Source: Enoplolaimus lenunculus
Taxonomy: Eukaryota
Assembly (NCBI GenBank): GCA_030248215.1
Contig: JASANG010003092.1
Span: 434,001-498,000 of the forward strand
Direction of reading: 5' to 3'
DNA length: 64,000 nt
Below the pieces are notes generated by a model. It saw only the letters and a list, made by a program, of their open reading frames with translations, ran no database searches and had not been told where the DNA came from. The translations under genes were made by a program, and so were the position numbers. Positions 29,524 to 41,390 of the stretch are shown here, piece after piece. Every line of letters begins with the position of its first letter. Positions within the stretch are counted from its first letter, which is position 1.

Positions 29524-29960
29524 TGTGATACTGTTTATGATGTAAAATTAAATCAACAATCTAAAAGCATAGAAACGTCAAGAGAAAACCAGCGAGTCGA
29601 TTCTCAGCCAAACCGGTCTGTTCAAGGGAATGCTGGGGTCCGATGGATAGACACTGATGGCTAGGCTAACACATTTACTTTAAAATTTTACTGCACTGGT
29701 TTCAGCTGCTTGACTTCCGTTGCGGACCGGCCGTCCGCCACTGCAAGATTGGTGCGCACTGTAAGCGTCTCGTTGAGAATCACTAGTGCGCAACAGAAGG
29801 TACCCAGTGCACGTTGCGTTTTTTGGCTACCCCCACCTTTACTTAGGGGGTACAACTTGTGTGAAACATGGCCCAGTTTGTATACGGCATCAGTAATGCT
29901 ACGCTTATAGTTTTAGTGGTAATGCATATTATAAACCAAACCGCTTAGTATTAATACAAC

Positions 29961-30120
29961 GGCCCATGTTACTTTTAGAGCAGTCTCGCTTTTTGTTGGG
30001 CCTGTAAGAGTAGGCTTACGTTTTAGACATTTTTTGTTTAGGCTAAAGAATACGCTTCTGCAACGCTTAGGCTTAGGAATACGCTTAATCTACTGTTACG
30101 ACCCTAAAAGTAACATGGCC
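29961..30120. mobile_element. GGCC-ended MITE carrying TTAGGC repeats
   Basis: ggcccatgttacttttag / ctaaaagtaacatggcc TIR; interior homologous to 46029. A more decayed inverted relative lies at ~2468-2600. Confidence 0.75.
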
Positions 30121-30588
30121 ACAACCACAATGAATTTTGATAGACAGTGGTTTTGATCTCTGAATCGCCGATACAATTCAGACAGAAGCATCAGATTTCT
30201 ACCCAACACAGATATCCAGTTACACCAAGGATTAGACCATACGGTAGTTCCCGCAAAGAACCAAACCATACCGCCTTCAAAATTTCACGCTGTGAAGCAT
30301 AATGTTGCCGACAAATTGGAGAAGCTCACCAAAATAAAAGGGTGAAATACATGAAAAATCGCTCAATATTTTATACCTTTCAAATATTTGTATGACATCA
30401 AACTCACAAGCGCTACTAACAGTTTACTTACACAGGCTATAGCACGTGTGCAACACAATCGCATACTAATCACACCACATTCTACTTAATATAAAATAAA
30501 AAAGCCTATGTTGACTATGACGGCCAGTAAACAAAGACTTATCCTTAGTTTCCCCGCTTCCTAGATCAATGGGTTTAAGACGTATAAA

Positions 30589-33500
30589 TTACACAGATCC
30601 AAAAGTATTTGACATATACGTCGAAATTTGCCGCATCGCGTCGCGCTGTTGACCTTTCATCCACTCAAATTTTATGGAATACATCTGTGGATCACCGGCG
30701 TCTGCTTGTAATGGCGTTCTATCCTTCTTTCTCGAAGTTTCTTCCTTTGAAGCAACATTACCAACAGAAACACCCACATCTGCGCCACACTCTCGTTCAC
30801 ACCCGTCACCACCAATTTCACAATTCTGTGCACCTATCGCCATCGCAACAACTTTAAAGTGACACAAATGTGTGCAATTTACTCCCGGTACATCTCCAAT
30901 TTGTACACGACTCGCAAAAGCACACTCTTTCCAGTTGTCTTCCGATGAACCATTACTTTCAGTTTGAGTAGCGACATAATTCAGTTGTCTTTCTCTATCG
31001 TCACCTACCAACACATCGTCAGTATCCTCGGATTTGGCACTGTGACTGTGCGTTGCAACTACCTGCGGTTTATTACTGTGTTCAATTTTTTCATCTCCTC
31101 CATGTTGGAATTCAGCCATAACAGGATTGATTTCACCGCTGGCTTGATAGCAGTTAGAGCTAGTTTCAAGCTTGACCCGTTTACAGGATATATTATCAGT
31201 TTTGTCCGTGATTTGGATACCCGTTTCGAGAGATCTGTTCATAGTGTCATTAGAAATGCTATAATCAGAGACTTCGGCAGTAATTCGAACACTAGCCATA
31301 CCGTCGCGATTTTCCGATAGAGCCAGGTTAAAAGCGCCAGGACCATTGAACGCTAACGTTGCTTTATGTGCGTAATCTATAAAACAAACACAATTGCGTA
31401 TAAGAGTATTTAATTTTTATTTAAACAGAGCAATTTTATAGTTGAATAACAAAATCGCCGATCAGAAAACCATTCTGAGACTCTGAATACTAGCACAATG
31501 GAAATTAAATTTTATTAGGATTGATACAAAAATACTGTACCGCTATCCGCGTTGACTATTAACCCTCACTAATGTCTAGCCATGACTGCTACGATCAGAC
31601 ACTACAAGTCCTTCTATTCATATGAGCACAAACCTTTCTCTTTATACATTCTAGCGTATACATCTATTAATGCTTGGTCCATTCTCTGCAACTCGCGTCT
31701 CTTTCGCCGTTTGCGTGACCAAGTATCGACAAATGCACAACACAAAAACAACGCTGTTTGCTGTTGACTCGGATTTGTTGTCGAGATATTCGGATACGAA
31801 ATAATGTGCGCTATCTGAGGAAACGAAAATTAAATTCAAACGCGGAAGCATAATGTAGTTACCTAAACATCCTGGATTAATCATGATCTTGACTTATTTA
31901 AAAACATAACAATAAATGATAACGAAAAGATAGCTGAGCGGGCTCAAAGTGGCTTTTCTACAGGTTCAGACAGACTTAAATTCAAGTTCTAACAATATTT
32001 ACACTGTGATTAAATAATGTTAAAGGCCCTTCGTACCAATCATAAACTTCGTACCAATCATAAACAAAATTACAGGTGTTGTGTGCACTGCCATTAATAC
32101 AAATTTTGTTGCTCACCTTAAGCTCCAATAACACATCGGATATTTTACAGACTAGATGACTTAGACTCTTGTAACCACTATACGAAGACACAACAAGTTC
32201 AATATCTTGTACTGGCGGTTTCGGCTTCAGAGGATTCAATGAATTATCTGCGCACTGAAAAACAAAAAATGGATGTTCAAAAACGTTAATACCAGATGAG
32301 TACCAGTCACAATACCAGATATTGGTCAGATTTAAGTCAAAATATTAGGTAATAGAACTTGTATTATGACATACTGCTGCATTAATAAAATAATACTATT
32401 TTTAAAAGTATTTGGTTTTTGTCCGTGGTTGCCACTACCAGAGCATAGTCAGGTGAAAATGGAGATCATACCCCCGAAAATTTTTAAAAATTTTAAAACC
32501 GTACGGGTCTGCCTCATGAAAATTTCTCAAATGGAAAACTTGATTCTATAATCGAGTTCAAAAAGACCAACAAAATTATAGTAGGTCCTGCCCCTTGCCC
32601 GAACTTTTTACGCTTCGCCAGTGGCCACTACTGTACCTTCAATTTAACATCAGTGCAAAATGTCCATGCCAGTGCCCAGCGTAACGTTCGACCTTGACAA
32701 AATGTTGTTTCTGTCCATGCCACTGCTCCAGATTCGCGTAAACATGTTTTCAGAGGAGCAAGACTGCTCTTTTTGCCAAGCATTGAGGTATATATCCTGA
32801 AATCTAATGGATTTTGCTCCTATCACTAGCTAGTGAAGTGCATTCAAACAGACGATAACAAATTATACCAGTCGTAGTAGGACTGCACTTATTGAGCGAA
32901 GCTCGAAAACACGTGAGCAATTAAGGTAATATGCAAATTAGTATTATCTAACTATTCGTTTATCGGTTTTGGAGGTTTGTAAACAATTAATTCAGATTCC
33001 TCGCACCCAAAAATCCTTCAGTCACCCTAACAATTGTTGAAATTATTTAAAAAGTCCTCATTTTGTCTTGTCAATTAAACTAATATGCAAATTAGCTTCT
33101 AGCTAACTATTCGAATATCAGTTTTGAAGGTTTGTAGACAACTTATTCAGATTTCTCGTACTCAAAACAACGTTATTGCTGAAACTTGATTGCTTGTAAC
33201 CCTAAAAATTAGTGAAATATTGTAAAAACGCCTAATTTAGGCATATCAATTATGCTTATATGCAATTATCTATCAGCTAACTACTCAATTATTGGTATGG
33301 AAATTTGTAAGCAGTTTATTCATATTCTTCGCACCTAAAAACCCTTTAGTGCTGAAACTAGATTGCTTGTACTGTAATAATTATTGAAATAATGTAGAAA
33401 GTCCTAATTTAGGTTTAACCAGTTATGCAAATTGGCCTGTAGCTAATAAACGGCCTAATATTTTAAAACACTAATGCGAGGTTAACATCCCCACCCCAGG

Positions 33501-36475
33501 ATGATAAGCTTTCAAACAAAAAAGTTTCTCAAAATCGGTTCAGCGGTTCCTGAGATTCTTTTCAGACGGACAATCCACCTTTCGACCCCAAGAACAAAAC
33601 ATAAACCACATCGCGAAACTCCAAGCTTCGCTCGGAGTTTCGCTTTGCTCTATAATTTAGAACGGAATCATAAAAATCCCTGTTTCTGCGTCTTTGACTG
33701 CTGAAACAGGTATCGTCTGATTTTTGTGCAGGAATCGCGGTCAGCACACAAATTCTGTTGGAACACGAATATATCGGTATTGGTTCGAGTTACGTTATAT
33801 ATTTCTCCAAATATCGCTTAGCTTTACGGAACTTTCGGTGCCACTCATTTACACGTCTACATCACCCACTTCAAGGGTGGAAGTCAATCAACTATTGTAT
33901 ATAAAGACTGGCGCCGATTAGGACAAGGCAAATAACGCGTTGGCTCCTGAGCATCTCTAATGACTTGATCCTGGAAGGGAACTCCTCATTTAAAATTAAA
34001 ACCATACGTATGCGTCTGTCGACGTGCGTATCTAAACCTTCTCATAGCTGTGTAGCGTGTAGCCCACTTGTTCAGTGACAGATGCTATACACAGTTCCGA
34101 ATACCAGAATACCAACTCAAACAATTTGAGTTATTCGAAAAACATTGTTTGCCATTGCCAGCACGTGAAACGTGAAGATTTTGTTTACTTTAATTTTATG
34201 TTTTAAACCTTTCCTCTTCGCATAAACTAAGCATGACTCGCTGAGAATTATTGGTATACTCACTATATTCACATGCCAGCGTTGAATACAAACACAGAAA
34301 CTCACCTGACCCGTTCACGAAGCTCTATCGAATCGTCAATAATTCTGCGAACAAATGCGACCTCTCCACCTTTTGCAGCAATTTCGCCACGCCGCGCCGT
34401 TGTTGCTGAGTGTGGTTCAGGCCGTCCACGCCGCTGCTGAGACGACTGTAGTAGCAGTTGAGTTTCAGATTTCTGTGTCGATGGACCACTTCTGTCCGTT
34501 TGGTCACACTCACCGAGATCATAAAATGGCGGATTGCACATGCAAAAGTCAAACTGTTTTGGAAACTCTTTGCATTTGTGTCCGTCTTTATGCGAATTCT
34601 CACCCTCGTTTAGCAATCTTTGTTGGTGAACGACCTCGTCAATGCCGCTGTTGGCCAGTATTGGGCACAATGCTACACCATCGTCAACTTTATAAACTAG
34701 AACAACATAATATTTGTTTCAAACTGAGCATTCGTATATTGCGAAATCCTGTATTTTTGATAAATTTCGGATAACGCACAAACTTTTTTAAGGCTACTGA
34801 CGTACTGAAGTTTAATTGTTAGCTTGGAATTTCTATTTTATTTGGTGGGTGAAAAAACTTAACAATTTTACTTGCCCCGAACACTAATCGTAGCAGGATG
34901 CTAAGTCGCACCCTGTTTATAACCCCTTATAAAACTAACATTATGTTATATTTCCGATAATCACCCTCACACTAGATATGTTTTCCTTGAAAACATGCCA
35001 TCAAAACCTTATTTTTGGCTGATGATAAAAGTTAGACAAAAATAAAATGTTAAACTTTGATTTTACAAGCACGCTTGTCTTTAATACATGGACATACGGT
35101 AACCTTAAAAATTAAAACTACCTGTTATCCATTCACTCAATCCATTCTTGTCAACATTACGTTGTGCAGCCAGCACTGAATCTCCGTCTTTTTCCGTTGC
35201 CAAGAAATGCCATCCACATTGTTTAACTCCAAGCAGTGGATATACGCACGACCCTCCAGTACCTGAAACAAACAAACTTGTGGTCGCCACCGTTCAGTAT
35301 ATACGTATACATGTAAATAAAAAATAGACCACATGCTAATTTTGCCAAATACCGCAACCGGAACCGGGCAGTAAATTATCACTGAAACGGAACCAGATGT
35401 TAACACAATAATGGGTATAGCTTCTAAATTTGTGCACTGTTTTATGTTTAGTGTTTCCTGAATTGATAATTCTTAGCTTTGATTTTTCATTTAACTTCAG
35501 CGTCAAAATCTTAACCTTCTTAACATGTCCGGAAAAGCAGTCGCAGCGAGATTCAAAAAATTCTTTTAAACTTGAATAAACCAAATATCCAAGCGCAAAT
35601 AAAATGCATACGTAGTCTCAGTCAGAAGCAGTCGTTTACACACACTACGTATCCAACAAATAATTTACCTGCCTATGTCAATTCCATAAACGTTCCTCTG
35701 CTTGTGTTCACTACCGAGTGAGCCATTGGGTAGAGACTTGTTAATATGCAATTGCAGAGCCTCGCAACTTGATAAACTTAGGATATCTTCCAGCCATAAA
35801 ATGTAGTTCAGCCGCAATGGTATCCGCGGAACTAAGCTCCCACTTGGAATCTCAACATCCAAACCAAAGTCATCCTTGAGCAACGCCCACGACAGCATCC
35901 GTACAGCTTCCGGGTTCTTGAAGTCTAGACGAACCTGTATTGAAGAAAATTTACTATACTTGATGTCATCCGTAGCTTTAAATTCGTATATAAGTTACAA
36001 AAAGCATCGAAGCATACAATGAATGCTACAGCGCAACTTTCTCAGTGCCAGTCTAGGAAAAAAACTGGGATATCATACCTTTACAAGCAGTTGGAAACGC
36101 AAGCGTGCAAAGCGTGACAGCATTTGCAAATGGACAAGCATGCCTTGAGCTTACCCTTAGTTTAAATGCTTCAATTCAGTTTAGTTTCCATGCGTCACAA
36201 AACTTCTGACGTCATTTTCATCTTTTTAAACATGACACCTTTATTTTGATTAAATAATTAAAAGTTACGGTTTACTTAGCCACCGTCGGTAAAAATCCTC
36301 GACCCATGGCAGCTCTAACACTAACTTTTGTCACTCTCAATTACAAACATACTTTTCCATGTATATCAACTTCACAAAACGCTTGAAACTGTGGATATTT
36401 CTTCGCAAGATTTTGAAAGTCGGGCCTTTTGTTCCGGTAAATGTTTCTGTGATGCATCATAGAATTCAATGCCAT
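30589..36475 (-). CDS. METTL16: RNA N6-adenosine methyltransferase METTL16/METT-10 (U6 snRNA m6A writer), ~727 aa
   Basis: Exons 36475-36353 (MALNSMMHHRNIY), 35934-35673 (LVPRIPLRLNYILW...GIDIG, needs a GC donor), 35262-35122 (TGGSCVYPLLG), 34696-34306 (FDFCMCNPPFY...GGEVAFV), 32796-32637 (YTSMLGKK...QGRTLRWALAWTF), 32254-32117, 31814-31634, 31376-30589. Lengths sum to 2184 nt, a multiple of 3. Catalytic NPPF is intact. Confidence 0.96.
32868..33655 (-). mobile_element. DINE-1/HINE-like element in METTL16 intron 4
   Basis: Clearly homologous to the 2867 and 16667 copies, with fewer internal repeats. Confidence 0.7.
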
Positions 36476-37712
36476 TTTGACAAACCATAACACCGGTTTG
36501 CTACACGTAAAAATACAAACCAAGTTTTATATCGGTTTAATGTACATAAATACTACATACATACATATATAACTGGCAACTGTCAGCAAAAAAAATTTTC
36601 TGTTCCTCTAGTCCTCTACGGTTATGTGACAACTCATTTAACCATTGCAAAAATTTTGCAGTTGATAAATTACTACACAAATTTCATGCCATTTATCTCA
36701 TTCAGTTTAGTTAATAAGTTGTCGAATCGAAGTATTTCGTGAGTGGTTTATTTCGAATGATGACAACAAAAAGAAATCACGAAAAACTCGCTTAAAGCAC
36801 GTTTTTAACGAATGACTAAAAAATATAAAAGTAATTTGGTTAGGGATATGCGGCACACTTTGTAAGTTTGGATAGAAGACCTATTATCTGGTAACGGACG
36901 TTGGTTAAAATCAAGCAACAACAACAAGGAGAAAGCAACAATCAACACATGTGCTTGGGCCAAGGTTAGAGGAAGAAAAAGAAAAGATTTATATATGCAA
37001 AAAATAGATAGAAACTGATATAACTACCTAAAGCTGTTTGTTAGTCAGTCTTGGGTTTAATCGGTAAACACCAACTGTGAAAATCAGAACAATTCTGCAT
37101 ATTTTGGCTTAGAACTTGTATATCTCAGTTTTCGAGTTTTCGTAACGAACCCTGGATTTTCGGCTAGTCTCGGGTCCGGCGTTTTAATTGCCGGAATTTG
37201 TAGTGTTTAAGCAGCGTAATTAGCGGGTACGACGGCGCTTGGCACTGCAGACGGCATACAACTCTGACGCGCATCTCAGCAGCTGCAGTCTGCATAACCA
37301 CGCCTTGCTTTTCTGTAAAAGCATGTCTCACATGCTTACACGTCCCAATTTTCAACAAGGTCGTCCCTTGACCAACCACCCAATTTTTGAGTGGGCACCA
37401 TGTTCATATGGCTACACTTTACCATTGCGCTGACGGCGTCGCACCCATGTTAGTCTAGGAAGGAACCGGGACTTCAGACCTTTGTGAACTAAGCCGCCGG
37501 AAAAACGGGCCTTCAGAGCGGAGATCGAAGCCTCAGCGTACAGATCCTTAAGCGAACACTCTACCAAAGCGCAACGCAGACCGCATCTCCAACTGCTTTT
37601 CTCGTCGACTATATGTCGACCATATGATGCCGGCTAGCATATGTACAATGCACTGCATTATATTGCAAATGCTACAGGAGAAGCATGTTTTACATGCTTA
37701 CTGTTGGTACAG

Positions 37713-37966
37713 GTGGTGTGAAAAACCATGTATATTCGCAGTACTTCGATGAATGGGGTCGTCCCGACCGTGGACTTCTGACATGGAGGTACCACCGAGA
37801 CTAGCGCTGTAAGTAGCAGGCCCATATATTCGGTGAAGTTTGGATTCGCGGTCCGGAACGGCCGCTTAAAGAAGGGAGAATGTTGGAATATGTGGTGTGA
37901 AAAACCATGTACGTATATTCGCAGTACTTCGATGAAAGGGTTCGTCCCGACCGTGCAGTTCTGACA
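37713..37966. repeat. Two ~70-bp direct repeats about 180 bp apart
   Basis: gtggtgtgaaaaaccatgta...gtcccgaccgtg...ttctgaca occurs twice. Confidence 0.85.
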
Positions 37967-39734
37967 CTTACAATAGTAAGTACACGTACGTCTGATCAGC
38001 GAAACTGTTCTTTTTTATTACCGTTCTCATAAAAATAATAATCCTTCATGGTTGTCTGTTAGGTTTAAGTCGCGTATTTTACCGGTTCTATGTGCCGAAA
38101 TTATGAATAAACTGCGTTCTATCTGTCTGTCAAACGCGAACTCGTTTACGTACTTACCGGGTTCCAAAAGGAACTACATTTTGCCACAACAGGAACAGGA
38201 ATAGAACTTTTCTGCCTGAACTGGAACCAGAATTTAAAATAATTCTCAACACTATTTGGAAATATGCCGATTCCAATTTTAATAAATATGCGATGCAAAA
38301 GAACAGGTAGAATACATTACATCATTACAAATGCAAAAGTATTAAAATAAAGAGGAAGCAAGTATAACTAATTCGAAACTCTAAATTACGTGCTAGCTTG
38401 ATAGCATCCCTGCAATGAACTGTTTCAGCCGCTATACGCTTGCTTTCAAACCTACACAAACAGATAAGTTTTTAATTAGCCAAACACTAGCTATGCATGT
38501 ATAAGTCACCACTATAACAAGCACCTGAGGGCCCAAGTACGTTTGTGTTGTTGTGATGTATGTTTGTGCTGCTATAAGAACACAGTGCGATATATGTTTA
38601 CGTCGTAGTCAGGAAATACCTCACTTTATAGTTGTCTCGTAATAGAGCGTTTTAATACGACGTCGGGTTGTGTTTTGTAGTAGCGCGAGCAGTGTAAAAC
38701 ACGCATGGCACCTAATTTGATTTCCACTGGTAAGGTACTAAGATAGAAGGGATGTTATCTATTCAGAAACGACCCTTAGACCAAACAATCCCAATTAGCC
38801 ACTACTGTTTTCACCTAATTCAATAGTTTTTTTCGTAAGCAAAGTTTTGCAGTTCGTATTGTGCCAATATGGAACTCTCTGCCCAGTCATTTGGAAAACA
38901 GTCTTCCAGTTGTTACGGCGCGCACATCTAAATTATTTAAACAACGACTAAAATTGCTTGAATAATCCAGTTTCCTCAAGTATCGAGAAATTTGTGTTAG
39001 CTTTACATTCTTTTTTTACAATGATATGTAGGAAGTATGTATAAGCGGGTGTTTACCCCTATACTTTCCTACAACCACCGGCATAATACCGATTGTCCTA
39101 AGTTATGTTTACATTTTGTAAATCACTTTGTTTATTTTTTAGTTGTTACGTTTCACCCTGCAAAGTGTGTCATACGTTGGAGAACGGTGAGAGTGAAGCC
39201 TCCAGTGTGTGTGGTGCTGGAGGGGCCACTCGTAATGAGGCAGTGCAATAAAGAAAAAAATTGAAGTTGATTTGACTTTGCGTTGCTACGTAGTTGTTAG
39301 TACACCTATGATTACGTGTTGTAAATTTAGCTTAATATCGAATATGGAGTATATGTCTACATTTTATTTAAGGCCAACCAGATCACGAGTTTTTTCTTTC
39401 TAAGTTAATTACATAATATTTCTGTATGCAAATAAATTCAAGCTGGTTTCGCAGGGTGGTTGGTGTGCATTTCCTATTATTATTATTATTATTTATAATC
39501 GACAGAAGTAGGTGTAGGTGCTACGAATGATGTGTACTAAATACTTAGCTATTGCAACTACTGGGAAGCGAACTTAAATTCAAACCTAGGTTACGTGATA
39601 ATGATGGTCGCCTTGTTCACCCGGACACTGCCGTAAATTACTTAGGAATGCGGTAAGATCAATTACTAACCGACTTCTGGTCGAAATTTGCGGACACTAA
39701 GATTAATTGTTTTCAAGCACATAGACTAGACGTT

Positions 39735-40633
39735 GTCAGTCTAGGTAGGAACCGGGACATAAACCTTTCCACTAAGCAGCTGGAAAAGCGGGCTAGAGCG
39801 AGGATCGAACTCTCAGCCTACGGATCCATAAGCGAACACTCTACCACTGCGCCACGTAGCCCGCCTCTCCAACTGCCTTTTTCGTCGACTATATCTGTCA
39901 ACCGTACACCACAATGTGCACTGCATTTATTGCATATGAACAAGGACAAGTATGTCTCACATACTTACATGCCCTTATTTTCAACAAGGTCGTCCCTTGA
40001 CCGTCCATACTCTTTTCGACTGGATACCGAGTTCATAGCGCGGCAGTTTACCGTTGCGCTCACGGCGTAGCCCCCATGTCAGTCTAGGTAGGAACCGGGA
40101 CATAAACCTTTCAACTAAGCAGCTGGAAAAGCGGGCTAGAGCGGGGATCGAACTCTCAGCCTACGGATCCATAAGCGAACACTCTACCACTGCGCCACGT
40201 AGCCCGCCTCTCCGACTGCCTTTTTCGTCGACTATATCTGTCGACCGTACACCACAATGTGCACTGCATTTATTGCATATGCACAAGGACAAGTATGTCT
40301 CACATACTTACATGCCCTTATTTTCAACAAGGTCGTCCCTTTACCGTCCATCCTATTTTCGACTGGATACCGTGTTCATAGCGCGGCAGTTTACGTTTGC
40401 GCTCACGGCGTAGCCCCCATGTCAGTCTGGGTAGGAACCGGGACATAAACCTTTCAACTAAGCAGCTGGAAAAGCGGGCTAGAGCGGGGATCGAACTCTC
40501 AGCCTACGGATCCATAAGCGAACACTCTACCACTGCGCCACGTAGCCCGCCTCTCCAATTGCCTTTTTCGTCGACTATATCTGTCGACCGTACACCACAA
40601 TGTGCACTGCATTTATTGCATATGCACAAGGAC
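39735..40633 (-). repeat. 343-bp tandem array (~2.6 units), each unit with a tRNA-like module
   Basis: Units start at 39735, 40078 and 40421. The minus strand reads GGGCTACGTGGCGCAGTGGTAGAG...GAGAGTTCGATCCCCGCTCTAGCCCGCTTTT. Further copies at ~37320-37700 and ~42150-42370. Confidence 0.9.
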
Positions 40634-41390
40634 TTACAGACGTTACAGTTATATGATCAAACGCATTGCCATACTCTAGCAAGTGAAATTCAACACATTC
40701 CCACACGCTAGTAAATGCTAAATGAATTGACAATTTTTGCAGTGTTTATGTTTGTTAGAAGACGGCAACATCATCTGCCGGCATATGTAACCTATATGGC
40801 AGTCATACATTTACAATGCACATACACTGACATTTCAAATTACTATACTTTGTTTACAGGCAGTCGTTCCGGACCCCGAATCCAATTCTATCTCGGGGAC
40901 CTACATGTTCGAAATATACTTTTAGCATAGCCTTTACCTGAATTTTAGATTTCGCCGAGAATCGAACCTCGGACTTCTTGCTAGCGTCTCAAGTTCGCCA
41001 ACCATTATAACACGCGGATGATGCAACGAGTTCTCGCCCCAGTGTATGTCACACTGCGACGATGCATGTATACCAACGACATACAGATATTGCTGATTAT
41101 TACCGAAGAATTTTGATTAATTGACACATCTCTAATTTCTGAGTCTGTCCTGGTTGTGTACGTATTTATAAGTATATATTTTCTCACAAAAGACAAAAGG
41201 CTAGTGGTTAGCGACGACTACTTATATTCTAGCTTGGGTCTAAAATTCACGTACACCGTTGTGATAGATATACGTATAGTATATTTTACTTTGATAAATT
41301 TATTTCCAGTTGACGTCCTACGTAATTACCTAAATAGGTAAATTAGTGTCACTGGTGTCCCGTTTGATAAACTCGTCACTGCGTATTCCG

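Noticed and set aside
35930..35945. METTL16 target motif at its own intron-1 acceptor (UACAG|GUU)
   Set aside because: Bases after AG do not match UACAGARAA.
39787..39865. Functional tRNA gene
   Set aside because: The anticodon stem does not pair, the D and T stems have mismatches, and it sits in a tandem repeat.
40054..40711. Repeated ORFs MRSRRSPHVSLG...
   Set aside because: By-products of the 343-bp repeat with non-ATG starts and no recognisable protein.
36476..41390. U6 or other snRNA gene between METTL16 and LSM8
   Set aside because: No ACAGAGAAGATTAGC core or other snRNA signature seen on either strand by eye.
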